Below, in pieces: positions 12,076 to 27,751 of a DNA stretch of 64,000 nucleotides. The number at the start of each line of letters is the position of its first letter. Within the stretch, counting starts at the first letter, position 1. The position numbers and the translations under genes are program-made. The stretch lies in assembly GCA_000165425.1 (NCBI GenBank), contig CT868207.1:186001-250000 (forward strand), written 5' to 3'. The stretch is from Paramecium tetraurelia (taxonomy: Eukaryota). The notes beneath the pieces were generated by a model. It was not told the origin of the DNA and made no database searches. It saw nothing but the letters and a program-made list of their open reading frames with translations.

Positions 12076-14725
12076 TCAAGAATGAAAAGTATCTTTTTTT
12101 GTAGAAATAGCATACAATTCTTCTGGAAACACAGCATATCTATGATAATTGGATAATCTTGAGTTTATTGTTTACTTTTTGGAACATTTTGGTTCTATTT
12201 TAGGAAACACTATTGAAACATCTTAATAATCTTCCCTTCTTGTAACAGATTGACTCTTTATTGTTTACTTTATGCTTTCTGTTTTTTATGATTTTTCTAA
12301 TGTATTATTTCTAGCTGTTCTCATTTGATTCTTCATTATCTTTTGCTCTTATCTTTGTAATAAACTTGCAAAATTTTGAAATTCCCTAATAAAAGTCTTC
12401 TCATTTAAATTCTTTTATTTAATTTTTACGATTTTCTCCTTATTCTCAATTAAAGCCATCTCTTATTATTGTTATTTAAGCTAAGAATATTCAATATGCT
12501 CATTTATATCTTCAAGTGGGAATTACCTTCTCTTTGGTTAAATGCAACTATAATTCTAAGAGTCATTTTATTCTTTAATCTTAGAATTATTTAAACTATT
12601 ATTTTGAGTTCTGAATCTACTAGTCATAACAAACTCTTAATTAGATTGTTCTGTTCTTCTTTTAAATTTCGGTTGCTAAAATTAAATCTCTGCATTTTCT
12701 AAGCACATTATTGAAAATTTCAGAGGCACTTAAGTTGAATTACTACTACCATCAATTATACCAGATTATGGAGATATATCAAGAGATTATTATGGGATAA
12801 ATTTTTGAATAAATGACTTGTAATCTTATTAAATATCACCAAATGACGAGTTGGCCTGCTATATATGTGAACTGTTTTTTAAGCTATTCTAATTCAATTA
12901 TATTGAGACTTGATTTCTTAAATATTTTTATTTGCATGCTAATTCTGGACACATCCAAATAAAATTTTCAATAATACGAGATTTTTCATTAAAAAATTAA
13001 AGTTGAACTGTTTACTTATCAAATTTGAATTTCTCTGCTTGAAAATTATCCAAGCATAAAATTACTTAATTTTGTTTTCCATTATACAATTAGGATTTCT
13101 CCAAAGTCTGTATTTCTACTTAATAAATCTTCTAAATTTTCTAATAGTATCTGCTTAAAAAGGTAGTTTTTTGTTGCTGAGTGCCTTCCCAAATATTATC
13201 CCCAAACATAAGAATGCTGGTTCCATTAAATTTGAATCTGTAAGTAAGCAAAGCCAATGCAATCACTCTGTATTTTGCTTCACTTGTTGAAACATAAGTG
13301 AACTTAATGTAATCCCTATTGTTGATATAATCAAAAGATATAGATGCTCCAAAATGTAGTAATCCATAGATATCAACTGGTTTTTCATATTGAAGTTCTT
13401 TCAAAGATTCTCTATTCTTATTTAAGTATTCTCTGTTTCTGCAATTCCATTTAGTTTAAATTTATTCTTGTTTAATAACACTATAATCGATTAATTTATC
13501 TTCATTTATGTAAACCATTTAGATTTCTCTAATAAGCCAATTAGGAACAATAGGAACATTTAGAAGATCAAATAAAGCCAAAGATTGTACATAAGTAGAT
13601 TAAACTGAATCATCAAAACTTTTGGATTTAAATTATAGTCTTGCTGATTGGTTATCTGCTACAATCTTAAAATTATTATAGTAATACCGTATTGTATTAT
13701 TCTAAAAACTTTAAGGAATGTTATTAACTTTTAGCAATCTCTTAAATTTTCGAATAGATCTCCATATCAAGATACAAATTTGAATTTGGAATTTGAGAAA
13801 CATAAAAGGAGATTTCTTTGAAGAAATTGTTTCTGTGATTCCATCTGATCCTTCTAAACCACCTTTGAATGACATAAACAGCTCTAGATTGATTAATCAA
13901 TTTCATGATAGCTTGATATTTCATACCATTCGAAGCAATGTCTTTTTTTGCTCTAAAGTATTTTTGAATTCGACATACAGCAGCAAGCTCTTTCAGTTAG
14001 AAATCAAAAAAAATGTGGAGTTATCTATCTCTGTTTTGACTATTATATTGATAGACCTTCTTCAAAATCTTTGGATTGTCTAATTCAATATATTTTAACA
14101 GATTGTATTCTTCTAATTAAAATTTATCTATTCTTTTGAGTAATTCTTAATGGATTGTACGTTCTTAATTAGTGAATACAAATTATTTTATTGGCAACTT
14201 TACTTTAACATATTTTATAAAGTTATAAAGAAATTCGTATTTTATTACGTCTTTATTAATATTTGTTTCTCCAAAGGTTTTTTTTAGTTAGTGACAATTG
14301 AAAAGGATAACGGCAGATTTAATTTTGTGAAATAGTAAAGGGATAAGATTTTTATATTGGCAGCTACTTTAGACGTGTAACCTTATTGTTTTCACGTTTA
14401 CTTCTTTAGCATGCAAATTGAAGGTATTTTAAAATATTTACTCTTACGATTTTAAAATATAAAATCGCTTAACTTAATTTTAATTCAAAAATTGCTTAAG
14501 ATGCTTGACTTTCCATAAATTGATTTTCAAAGCCTTGTAGATTAAATTAGATGCGTTGTTGATTATGTATTATTAGAACCTTCGTCTCTTCATCTCTTTA
14601 TATGATTAAAGAACTCTAATATAACTAGGCTTATATTATGCAATGAGAATGGCTCTGACCTCCTTTCGCTTATTTACAAAGCTCCGCCATTGACTAACAA
14701 CCATGTGTGCCAATTAAATATTCAT
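12076..14725 (-). CDS. Large IQ-motif (calmodulin-binding) protein
   Basis: Long code-6 frame from ATG 14725 with IQ motifs AAVCRIQKYFRAKK and RAVYVIQRWFRRIR and a coiled-coil C-terminus. Confidence 0.78.
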
Positions 14726-14745
14726 AAAATTACAAAAAATATCAA

Positions 14746-15936
14746 TCATTCATAGTTTAATTTAACTTTTTGTTTGTGATAATAGTTTGTCCAAGCCCCT
14801 CCATTGTTAGAGTAATAATCCATAGGATAGATTTGTTTCCAATCAGCCTCCCCCAACATAACATATGTTTCATATGGAGTTAACAAAGGTTTCTAGAATT
14901 ACACTCCCCAGTCGATCGACAGTCTTGGACAAGCAATTTATATGAAGATATCAACCTCGTTCAATTAATTTAGTTGTTCGAAATTGATTTCACTTATCAA
15001 AAGAGTAAAATATTGTATCTAATGCTTTTTCAACAATTCTTCAATTCTCTACAAAATCTAAGTGCTCCCTTGTCTTCCAAGTGTGCTCATAATGATGCAT
15101 GCTAATTAAGGTTACATTTTCTGGCATTGCACAATTTATTAATATCTCAAATTCATCATTTTTGGATTGTCGTACTTTTCTATAGTAAGTCGATAAGTGT
15201 ATGGATCATATTAGAAGAATTCAAATTGTGGATTTTGAATCATGGTTGACTCCATATGAAATCTACCATCACATACAAAGATGACTATATTTCTACTATC
15301 TTAAGATACCTCTAATTTAGGGGAAGTGCATCCCAAGACTTCACCTGAAGATCTAGGTTTTTCTTAGGGAATTGCAATTTTATAACCATCCTCCTCTAAT
15401 TATTTCTTGAGTAAGTGGATATAAGTATTAAATTGAATTGTACCCATTAGATAGTATTTGATATTCTTATCAGTGAAATTCTTTTAGATGGTTTCAAATA
15501 AGTGTTTAGTGTCAATGTTAATTTCCACAAAAACATACAAGGTTTTAACTGCACATTCATTAATTGGAACCAAACAACTGTGACCATAATGAATTATGTA
15601 ATCAGCTTGCATTTCATCTGCGGTCAAATCATCAATGCAACAAGCTCCATATGTGACATCTCCACTTATAAAGGTTTCACAACCAGTAAATGTTGTTAGA
15701 ATATCTGATATCATGCAAGAATATAGTAATAGTCCTTCTGGAAATTACAAATTGATTAAGATGTTTTGTCTTTACAGTCTCTCTTGAGTCTCAATAATTC
15801 TGCTGATTGTCTTATGAATTTCAAAATTGTAATGTTTGGGTAACTAACTTATTGCATTATTCAAGGCTTAATTGTTTAATATGTATTCTGGTATTTGATT
15901 TAAGAGTTTAGGTTTGTTCTAAACATTTTAGATCAT
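14746..15936 (-). CDS. DPH1: Diphthamide biosynthesis protein 1
   Basis: [78 protein letters not shown]. Confidence 0.96.
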
Positions 15937-16030
15937 TAATAAATAATTTAATATTCTAAGAAAAATGTGCATCATAAGACTATACAATATTCTAACACAT
16001 TTAATATATTTTAATATTTATGATGATATC

Positions 16031-17108
<1,078 letters not shown>

Positions 17109-17197
17109 TTATTTATAATATTTGCAATGAGTATTTCAAGATATGTATATATAATCTAAAAATTCTCAACATCGGTATTATTTATTTTTAAATTAAT

Positions 17198-17832
17198 ATG
17201 GATTCAATTTTCGGCTTATAAGGAGGTGATTTTGTTATTGTTGCATGTGATGGCAGCATAGCTCACAGCATTCTAAAAATTAAGGAAACCGAAGACAAAA
17301 TTCTTAAGCTTGATGATCATAAGATTTTTGGGATTTCAGGAGAAGGAGCTGACAGAAACTCTTTTGGAGAAATAGTACATAAGAATCATTGTCTCATAAG
17401 ATATAAAACTGGCGGATACATGAATCTCCAAGAAACTGCTCATTTTGTTAGGTATTGTAATGAGTCATTCGATAAGATCCATGTATGCTTAAGCCATCAG
17501 ATCAAGAGATGGCCCTCACTAATGCAATGGTTTATTGGGAGGAGTTGATTCAGATGGTACACCTTCACTTTATTGGCTTGACTATTTGGGATCCCTATAA
17601 AAGATTACAAGAGGAGCTCAAGGCTATGCAAATTATTTCCTATTGGGTTTGTTGGATAATCAATATAAGCCTGTATATAATTGATAATTATCATAAGAAT
17701 TTAACTAAAGAAGAAGGAATTGAAATAATAAAGAAATGCATTAAAGAATTATAAACTAGATTTCTGATTGCCTAAAATAAATTCATTGTTAAGATTGTTA
17801 CCAAATAAGGAATTGAAGCATTCACAATTTGA
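17198..17832 (+). CDS. PSMB2: Proteasome subunit beta type-2 (beta-4, PRE1 orthologue)
   Basis: MDSIFGLQGGDFVIVACD...KETEDKILKLDDHK...PSLYWLDYLGSL...GAQGYANYFLLGLLD...IIKKCIKELQTRF. Confidence 0.93.
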
Positions 17833-18671
17833 ACATAATTACAATTATAAAATGTTATTTTCAATAATTAATGACTTTCTAATATCAACATCATATACTA
17901 GAGGAAATATTTGTTGCAATAACTGGAAAAGTTATCATTTCAATTATATTCGAGAATTTTATGAATTCTAATTTATTTGAAACAACCTATCTTTTAATTT
18001 ATTGGATTGATAGCGAATATGTAATAAATTCTAATTTTAAATCCTTATTTTGGATAAAAATTAACCTTCCTTTGACTTTGAATCCTAACAGATTGATATA
18101 CCTTTAGTTTAATTTTGTTTTATACTTAGCAATTTTTTAGGAATTTCTTATTTTTTTGTTAATGTCATTTCAAATTTTTTTACTGAACCTCAAATTTCAG
18201 ATTTATTTTATCTCAATATTCTTTCTAATAATATTTCTTTTTGCTTAATTTATTCACTTTTTTTCGTTCTTATTCAGCCATTATATCAGAGTATCATTAT
18301 CTAAACTTTTCTTCCCCCCTTTTAATATCTAAATCATTTAGTTTGCAAAAATCATTCAACATACAACTTGTATAATATTATATAAATGAGATACTTAAAG
18401 AAATCTAATTGATTTAAGTATTTTACAAATAAAGAAATAAATAGATAGGATAATAATTAAATTATAAATTAATGAAGTTGTTTAAATGAGAATAGAAAAC
18501 CAGAACAGGTAATTCAGAGTCAGCTAGTAATATTATTAGTCTAATTTTACAATATAATTAAAAATAATAGATATTATTCTAGAAAAGTGAATGGTTTGTT
18601 CAAACAGGGCAATATTTATTTACTCTAATATTTTATGTGTTGTATTATATGAATATGATTTATTTAAATGG

Positions 18672-19291
18672 TCAAGGGTTTTAACCCAATAATTCTTGGA
18701 GTCTTTATTTTCTTTGCTCGAGTTAAGAAGTCTCTTCTCTGATCTTCCTAACTTCTTCTTCCAAGAGTTCTCTTGTGATGTGTGTCTGAAGGAATTGCTC
18801 ACCTCTGCTTTAATAAAGGAAATTGCTGTGTCCATACAAAACGATTAAACCCTACAGATTAAGGTTATTATTCATACAAGTGCTCCAGAAAATACGAAAA
18901 TCAATTCATAAAGTGGTAACTCGACATTATTTTATTAATTAAGGGGCTTAGAGATACAAATAAAAATTTACATCATCCATTACTAAGTATCCATGAGGTT
19001 AATTTGCCAAGGGATCAGTTTCATCGGCATGGAAATATGGGTCAGACCAATAGAATCTCTCAAAACTATACATATGAGTGATATCAGAAACCTGAAAAAG
19101 GGAGCATCCACTAGATGTTGATATGGATTTGTATTGTCATGGTGAGGGTGATCATGGAGATCAGTGAAGCCAGTGATGCAAACTAATTTGCCACTATCAT
19201 TTGAAATCCAATTTTAGACTGTGTTTAATTTAACATGGTGATGGCCATGTCCACCTGATCCAAATCTAAATAAACCTAAAATTCTTTTCAT
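18672..19291 (-). CDS. Probable mitochondrial single-TM protein, possibly complex I NDUFB11/ESSS-like
   Basis: Presequence-like MKRILGLFRFGSGGHGHHH, then NQPHGYLVMDD, one TM (LIFVFSGALGLIVLYG) and ITRELLEEEVRKIREE. Three introns. Confidence 0.6.
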
Positions 19292-19349
19292 TATTTTATT
19301 ATTATAGATAATAATAATAATTATTAATATGAATAGATTATAACAAGTA

Positions 19350-20056
19350 TCAACAACAATTATTTCCATTAGGAGTATCTATTGTTTTCAACTAAACAGC
19401 TTCTTCATAAGTGTTTATTACTTGTATTTCCTTATCCCTCTTTTTATACTATCCCCCAATCTTGATTCCTGGCTTAACATCAAAATAACATCATTACATC
19501 TTATCCAAGCAGTATTTTTTGATCATCAATCTCCTGCAAGATCCTTTGTGTTGATTAATAGAATGCTGATTGCACATTGATACCCTGTTTGGCAGATATC
19601 TCAAGAAAGATCAGTGACTATGATTGGGCATATTACCACCCTTCTTCATATGTTACTGCTCGCCTCTACATAAAATCAATGCTAATTACTCGGATTCCAA
19701 ATCAATCTTATTACCACATAGCACAATTACCATATTGGCATTCCCATTATTTTTTATCTCTTCCATCCATCTTTGCAAATTATGAAACGAGTTTTTATTC
19801 GTAATATCGTACACCAGTAAAGCTCCTTCAGATATAATATTCCAGTACCAATAGCTGATCGATAATAACTACGAATAATAGATCTGAAGTTCTCTTAACC
19901 AGCGGTATCCCATATCTACAATTTGATGTTCATCCCATTCACTTTAATGATTTTTGCTCCGAATTCAACACCTATTGTGGCATCATGTTACTCTCTGATT
20001 TCATTTTCAATCAATTACAAAAGGATGCTCGACTTTCCTACTCCTAATCATTGCAT
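19350..20056 (-). CDS. Rab GTPase, Rab2-like
   Basis: FKYIIIGDTGVGKS, HDATIGVEFGAK, WDTAGQENFRSIIRSYYR, GNKID, and a C-terminal CC prenylation motif. Confidence 0.93.
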
Positions 20057-21156
20057 AACAATTAAACCTGTATCCCCTATGATTATATACTTAAACATCA
20101 GACTGTAATTAGACATCTCTTTGTATTTAAATTATAATTTAATAAACAATCATATTAATTTTTATTCATCTATACGAATTTTCCATTATAGAATCTCCTC
20201 AGTAGTTCTACCAAATTGTTTATTTGCAACATGCTACTTTAATAATGCATAGGTTGATCCTTTCCTTACTACCTAACATATGCACAATTAGCCTATTGCT
20301 GAAATAAGGAATGCAATTTATGGTTAAAATAATTTACAGCCACATTGTTTATTATTTTTGATTTATCCATAAAAAATATACCTCTAACCATTAAATAGCT
20401 GAAGTTTAATATTCATTAGATTCTATCAATTAGTTCTACTAATTCAAATTAAACACATTCAAATAGTAATTTTATAAGAAAACTCTCAAAATTTTTTGAT
20501 TATTTTGTGAATAGTTTCAATAATTTTATACCTAATTTTTTTTAGATTTATTAGAGATGGGCAATCTATTTTTAAGGTTATTCAAATCTTAAATAAAAAA
20601 AGTATAATTGATTTTTTTAGCATCTTCCTTCCTTTTTAAGATTTTTAAATTCTTAATTTCTATATTCATCTAATTTGTTTAAATAATAATCATAATTTAA
20701 TTGTCGTTCATTTATAGATATATCTATCACATTTTAGAACGACTTTTTTTGATCCTTTTGCATTTTATAATAAATTCTTCTTGAAAATGAAAAAGTTCAT
20801 AAACATTTTTGATTTAATCTTCTATAACAAACCTTCTTTAACGAATTCTAATAGTTGAGCGTTATGATTTATCAATAAGTTTGATTTGTCTATTATTTTA
20901 TAATGCAAATGATAAAGGATATTCTTAAATTATAATATTAAGCCGGTTGGCTGTCATAGCAAAATTATTTTTAAGTAGAAATTTAGGAATGTTAATAAAA
21001 TCTGAGATTTGTGATTATAAAAATATATTTAATAATTAGTTGAAAGTAGAAAATTGTAGATGATGTTGATGTTATAAAGATATAGTATTATATTTAGCGA
21101 AATACAAAATAAAAGGTTGGGGAAATATAAATTAAATTTAATTAATTTGTGGTTGA

Positions 21157-22530
21157 ATGTCTATTACAGTTGAAGATTTGGCAGCTAATATCGAGACAGT
21201 GTTGGCCTCTTTGGGTGATGAAAAAATGTATTCTTGTCTTCATCTTGTAGGGTCAACTGGGAAGTGGTTGAGCAGACCGAACATAACCTAATGAAACATT
21301 TTGATTAACTATTTGAGAGATTATACACCCTCAAAGATTCATTATAAAGAGTTTTCTTAATAAACATCAAAAATTTGAGATAATACGATGCTAAGGATTT
21401 GGTCTAAAAGGTTAAAGATAAGAAACTAGAACCTATTGTATTAAAATCACTCACTCAATATGCCTTTAAAAATGATAAGGATGAATTATTACTTAATCCA
21501 TCTCTCATTAAAGGATAAGTGAATAGTATTGTATTACCTTGGGTCGGTAATAACTTATCAGTGACTGACAAAATTAAAGAAACCAATGAATGGCTTGATT
21601 CAAAATTAGCTGAATTAGAAGTCTTCAAACCCAAAGAAACCTAAGAATCTCATAAAACCTTAGATGTGCAACCAAAAAATGAAGGAAACGATAAAAGTAT
21701 CATAATTTATTCTAATCATAAGACAATTACACATTCAAGAGTGACAAATTAAACGAAATTGCTTCATAAATTTAAACTATGCACATCCCAAACACCAATA
21801 ACATGATTAGCATTAAGACATACACTTAAATAGTTGAAGGCAGTGTTGAATTGGCTGAACCTGAATTTATTAGAATTACTTTAGAAAACAGAAAGGCCAG
21901 AAGGGAAGTCCTTTATTCTGATGGAGCTAAATATGTTCAATTATTGTTGGATTATGTTAACGATATTGAAAATCTTTTGATGAAGGCATAAGAAGAAATT
22001 TGCAAGAAAATTGATATTTCACAATAAACACTCGAACAAAGCGAAATGTTGTTAATGGAAAGAGGACTTGGATAACATGTATTCATGTTACAAGCTTCAG
22101 CAAGATAAAGAATCAAGGACAAACTACCAAAGTAGAAGTAGGTTTAGATGAATGCAACAAAAGAAATCATCAGATATCAAATCAAATTGTTAAATGAGAA
22201 ACAAGATTTCTTGAAGAATATGATTGACAAATTGCCTACAAACTACGAATCTGGATAATTGGTTCCAATGGTATTAAATTTAGTTATGGGAGATATGATA
22301 TTCGAAGAACATAGCTATGAAGAAGAAGACTATATTTCAAATCTTGAAAATCCATGTACAATATTCCCTCTATTTTAGAATTATTCTAAGATCCAGATAT
22401 GATGGAATTACTAAAGTCAATTGAAACTGGAGTTGTTTAATTATTGGGAAAAACTGCATTTGCATAACCCCCAGGCGGTATGATGGGCAACATTCCTCCA
22501 CAAATGTTATAGAAATAATAATAATAGTGA
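21157..22530 (+). CDS. Hypothetical helical protein (likely ciliate-specific family)
   Basis: MSITVEDLAANIETVLASLGDEK... spliced over three introns, with ENRKARREVL and GDMIFEEHSYEEEDY, and a Gly/Met/Pro/Gln tail. Confidence 0.8.
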
Positions 22531-22646
22531 TAAACGTAAATTTTACATATATAAAATAAATTTATCAACATTGTCTTTAATTTAGTGTTTTAAAATTAAA
22601 TTCAAAACAAAATAAACGTAATAATTATATTTCAAAATTTGTTTGA

Positions 22647-24076
22647 ATGAGTTAATCAAATCCAAGTCACAATTATTATTCGCAAGGTGTATCAGATAAA
22701 TTCAAGCCTCCTTTCAATTAAAAATTACTCAAAGAAAAAATTAATGAATTACAGAATGCTATTCAAAGAACAGAAAAAGAATATAATTAAGCAAATCAAA
22801 TAAGTGATAAGACAAATAGTAAGGCTAAATAATCATTAAATTCGTTCGATAGGACCTAAAATTAAAAAGATTCATAGATTGAAAACCTAATTGTTGAAAA
22901 TCAAATTCTAGTTAAAGCCATTTAAAAATTAGAAACTAAGGTCAAGAACTAAGTTTAATTATAAAATGAAAATCAAACCCTTAAACAAAATGTTGAAGAC
23001 ATAAAATCAGAAAATGAGTTATTAAAATAAAAAAAAACGTTAAAAAATGATAGCAAATTATCATCTGATGCTGCCCTAGGAATTTTAGCAGCAAAAAGAA
23101 GCTAAGAAATCTAAATATTAACTAATGAAGTCAAAGAAACAAAATAGAAAAATCAAAACCTCTAAGGAAAATTAGATAAACTCATTTTAGAGAATTAGCA
23201 CTTGTAGTCTATAATCAAAAATTCAGAGAACTAATAATTGAGATCTGATTCATAGAATAATTCAATTAAAAAAAATAATTTTGTTGAAAAGCATTCTGAT
23301 TAAAATTAAACTAAATAAAATGAGCAAATATTTTAACTCTAGTTAGAACTAGATGATGCAAAAAAAACAATAACACAACTACAAAAATTAAATAAAGCAA
23401 ATCATTATACATAATAATCATCTAATTATAAATTTAGTAATTCTAATGATAAGATATCAAAAAGTTAATCTTTAGAACCATCTCATTTTGATAAAGATAA
23501 GAGGATGAAAGAGCTAGAAGAAAAGATAAAAAAGCTATAATTTGAAAAGGATAGCCAACTTTATACTACAAAATTAGAATGTGCACAGGATTTGAAATAG
23601 TTTCAAGAGAAATTGAAATAGGAGTACAATTAAAAATAGTAATTTGAAAATGATTACGACAAGCCAACTTAAGATAAAGTAAAGAAATTGAGTGCTGAAA
23701 ACACTAAATTTCAAATAATGCTTGAAAGATAGAATAAGGAAATCATGAATATGGAGAGAAAATTTACTGGTATGCATATAATATTTATACATCTTTAGAA
23801 TTATTAATGTAAAAGGAAGAACTTTAATAAAATTTGTTGAAAGAACAACAGTTTTAAGGGTATCTTAAATAGGAAAAGTCTTTGTTACAAAATTCATTGA
23901 AAGAAAAAGATAAAGAAATCAGTGAGCTTAAGGATGATATCATCAAACTTTCAAAGGAAAGACAATAATTAAAAGATCAAATAGAGAAGCTAAAATTTGA
24001 AGTCAAAATGAGTTAAATTAAAAGCAGTAATAGACCTCAAAGTCATCAAAGTGAAACTAGTAAAAGGAACAGATGA
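22647..24076 (+). CDS. Coiled-coil protein
   Basis: Q/E/K/N-rich heptad code-6 frame with one intron near 23770. TGA at 24074-24076. Confidence 0.75.
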
Positions 24077-24196
24077 TTATTATTATTTAATATTGGTATT
24101 CTATTAAGTTCTTATATTTAATTCTAAATCTATCTTGATTCTCTGTTAAAATTGGATGAAAGTGATTTATAAATTGTTAATTTGATTATTTTTATA

Positions 24197-26136
24197 ATGA
24201 GAATATTAATTGTTAATGGATATGGAAAATCAGAAACTGGTAAACAATAATTTGAAAGATATTGTGGATAAATACGAAAAGTAAGCATTATAAATATCAT
24301 ATAGTTATTCTTGAATTAGAAGGAATTATTGGATACAGAGACAGAATTTTTTTCTAGAGATGCAAATGATTTGGATGAATTCCTTTACGATTAAGACTCT
24401 GGTTATTCTAAATAAGAAGCAGCAAACTAATTTAATTTTATAGATTTTGTTTTCATAGAAATAGATGCCAACCTTAGACCATGGTCGAAGCATTTAAAAA
24501 AAGTAAATGTCTAATTCTCATATTAGGTTATGATATTAATTAGAATGTGCTTAAGAACTAATAAAGTTTTATTAGCTACAGCTGGAGCAATGCAAGCATT
24601 GGTTTTTTTTGTAGCCACAAACTTAGAAACTGTAAGAATAAGTTTATATTGTTAGCCAGTTGAGGTGGTAAATGGTCCATAGGGCGGACCTCTTGGTGAT
24701 ATGAGCAAACTTTCAAAGTCCCTTGATTAAATGACAAAGCATGAATATTTTTTGGACAGCATAACAGGTGATCTCTACGGGATCTACTTCGATAAGGTAG
24801 AATCAGCTAATTGTTGGATTCCCATAGCGAATTGTGGTATACACTCTAGAAGAGCTGTTGAAGAGTTCAATACAGTTGGAAAGTACATGTTGCAGGCTCC
24901 TGTTTATAAACCCTAAAAAATAAAGGAAATTTATGGACTTTATACATCTACATAGGATGAGGAAATATGCTTGATAAAAAAGAACTTCGTTTAAAATTAC
25001 TTATTTAAGGATGTTATGTAAGAATTTTTAGTTCATTCTAAACATGCATGGGACATCCATCCATTCAATGTATTGAATCCAAAGAAGACATTTGTTATTT
25101 TAGCAGATTCATCAAAAGGACCTCAAGTTATTACAGTAAATGAAAACATTGTTGGTTTATAATTTGATATTAATCCAAAATATCCAGAAACACAATTAAT
25201 TCTTAGAAACTTCATTATCCATTATTTGATTTAAATACGATCTTGTGTTAATAAACCATTAACTATCTAATAAGCTAATAATGATTTAAGAAAGAACAAG
25301 TTAGATTTAGAGAACATGACTAAATAATAAGCAGAAAGCCAATAAAAGGGTGAAAGAACAGTTTTTAATTTTGAAGTGCTAACTAAATTTAAGCATGTGG
25401 GATTTACAGGTAAAAAGGCAAAGAAATTGGAGATTGTTATGAATAATGCTATTAATGATCAAGGACAATTACAAGAGGCCATGAAAACAATGAGATAGAA
25501 GTAGTCTCCAAGGACTAAGCAATCAACAGAGGAGACTGATCTAGAAAAGTCTAAGTTTGCTAAGTTTTCAACCAAATTGAATCATGAACATAGGGATACA
25601 ACTGAGAAGTTCAATAAAACAGCTGCTGAAATTAGATAGATGTTGCATCCCAATATAGATGAATAATTATTGCCTGAAAATGAGCCTTTGTGGGTATCTA
25701 TTAGGTATTCAATATTTTATAGGTGCCTGGAACTATGAATACTTCAATGTTGGCTAGCACTGGATAGAGGATTAGATAAAGGCCCTAATCTACAACTTAA
25801 AGTCGTACTTTTAAATTGACCAGAGTTCAAACTGCAAAATCTAGAGTTTCAAAGGGTAATACTACTAAGGAGGACTATGATTTATGCAGAGAACACCCAA
25901 TAGTCAGATGCTCTTCTCCTTATATTACAAATATAGAGAGGGATAGGTTGGAGTAGAGATAAAAAGACAAATAAATAATTGGACCTAGAAGCATTAGGAC
26001 AAGTGTTGTGAGCACAATCAAAGGGGGGACTCCCTTTATTTTGTATGACAATCCATATAGCAATCCGGCAGATTTCAAACACAGGGACGAAAACAAGTCT
26101 AGGTGGGTAGGTGGTCAGAATTTCAGAGTTTGTTGA
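24197..26136 (+). CDS. Class I glutamine-amidotransferase-fold protein lacking the catalytic triad, with a long C-terminal tail
   Basis: MRILIVNGY, IDFVFIE...RPW, KVLLATAGAMQAL, FLVHSKHAWDI, ILADSSKGPQVI, NIVGLQFDINPKYPETQLILRNFI. Four introns. Confidence 0.78.
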
Positions 26137-26155
26137 TTATAACTATAATATTATA

Positions 26156-27751
26156 ATGGATTAAAAAAAAAGTCTGAGTGATTTGAAACAAGCATTGGCT
26201 TATCGCAATAGAAGCAAAGATATTATTGATGTAATTGCAAAGGGAGTTCAAGATATTAAATTCTTCAAAGAAAAATAGTAGTTATTTGATCCAGCATTAT
26301 ATTGTTAAATGCTTAAAAAGATCTAATTGAAAGAATTCAAAAAGGGAGAAGTCATATTTCATTATGGTAACATCATTTTGATAGGTAGGTTCTAATAATG
26401 TTGAATAGTTTTATGTAATTCTCCAGGGTTAGGTTGCAATTTTGTGTCCAAATGATAAAAGCATTACTCACCAATAGGTTATCGAAGAGTACAAGAAAGG
26501 AATAGATTCTAATCCGTAATAACTGAGGAGATAATCGGCCATCTACAGTCCTCGATTGTCCGCCTTCAATAATAGAGCCCTAAAAGATATAATTATGGCA
26601 CAGGCTTATGGGCAATTTTTTAGGAATCAGTAATTATTCAATTATATAGTTGATTTTTTGTAGATATTCAAAAAGTCGATTAAGAATCCTTAATTGAAGA
26701 ATACACTAATAATCCCAACCAAATATCAGTAGATAAATGGTTGGATAATTTGGTGAAAAGACTCTTCCCAAGTTTACACATAGTTAATATGTGTTGTAGT
26801 GGCGACTAATTTGGAGAAATCGCTCTTATTGGTAATGTGACTAGAACAGCAACTGTCTTGTGTACTCAGGATACATTAATGATAACGTTAGCCAATCCAG
26901 ACTTTCAAGCCATTTTATAATAATATCATGATCAGGTTAAAAATGAAAAGATTTCTCTACTCAGAAATTTTGAACTCTTTAGCAAATTATCTGATAAAAG
27001 ACTTAGAGGTATTTTGGAAAATATTATTGTTTAAAAACCTTCGATGTTTAGTGTGATTTATATGGAGAATTCTATTCCAGAATACATCTATTTTATTAAA
27101 CAAGGAGAAATCGAATTACTCAAGGTATTTCCTAAGAATAAAACAGTCTCAATTACTTTACTTTAAATAGGTTGTGTCTTTGGACATGAAGAAGTTCAGC
27201 AATCCATACCTAGAGAATACAGAGCTATTTCAAAATCATCTCAGTGCGAACTATATTTATTACCAGTTGAAACTATACAATAATTTGACAAGAAAAACTC
27301 ATAATCTGTTGAAAAGAAATTCCATCATGAAAGATTGGAAAGGTTATTAAGTGATAAAAAATCTTAGAAAACTAGCTCATAAATACCTTAAACCTCTATT
27401 GAATTGTATAAAACAGTCTTTGAAAAAGACTATTCAAGTCTTTTCAGTCATGCTTTACTTTAAAAAAGGTACTATTTTATGCTACTTAGAATCATATCAC
27501 CTAAACATAGAAAAATGTTATCAGAACCATTTACTCCTTTCTTTGATATAGATAAGAAATCTTTCTCTTCCAAAAAGCAATTAACAGATAGGAAAACTAT
27601 TAACACCACTACAACAAGATATAATAAAGAAAACTCCACAAGACAATTCAGTACATAAACTACAATTAATATACACAGACACTTATTCAGTCCTAAAGTC
27701 AGTAAAAGACAACTAGACACCATCATGCCCTTCAAAAAAATTTTATAATGA
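26156..27751 (+). CDS. Cyclic-nucleotide-binding domain protein (two CNB domains)
   Basis: FKKGEVIFHYG...FYVILQGQV, GDQFGEIALIGNVTRTATV, YIYFIKQGEIEL...GCVFGHEE...REYRAIS. Confidence 0.9.
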
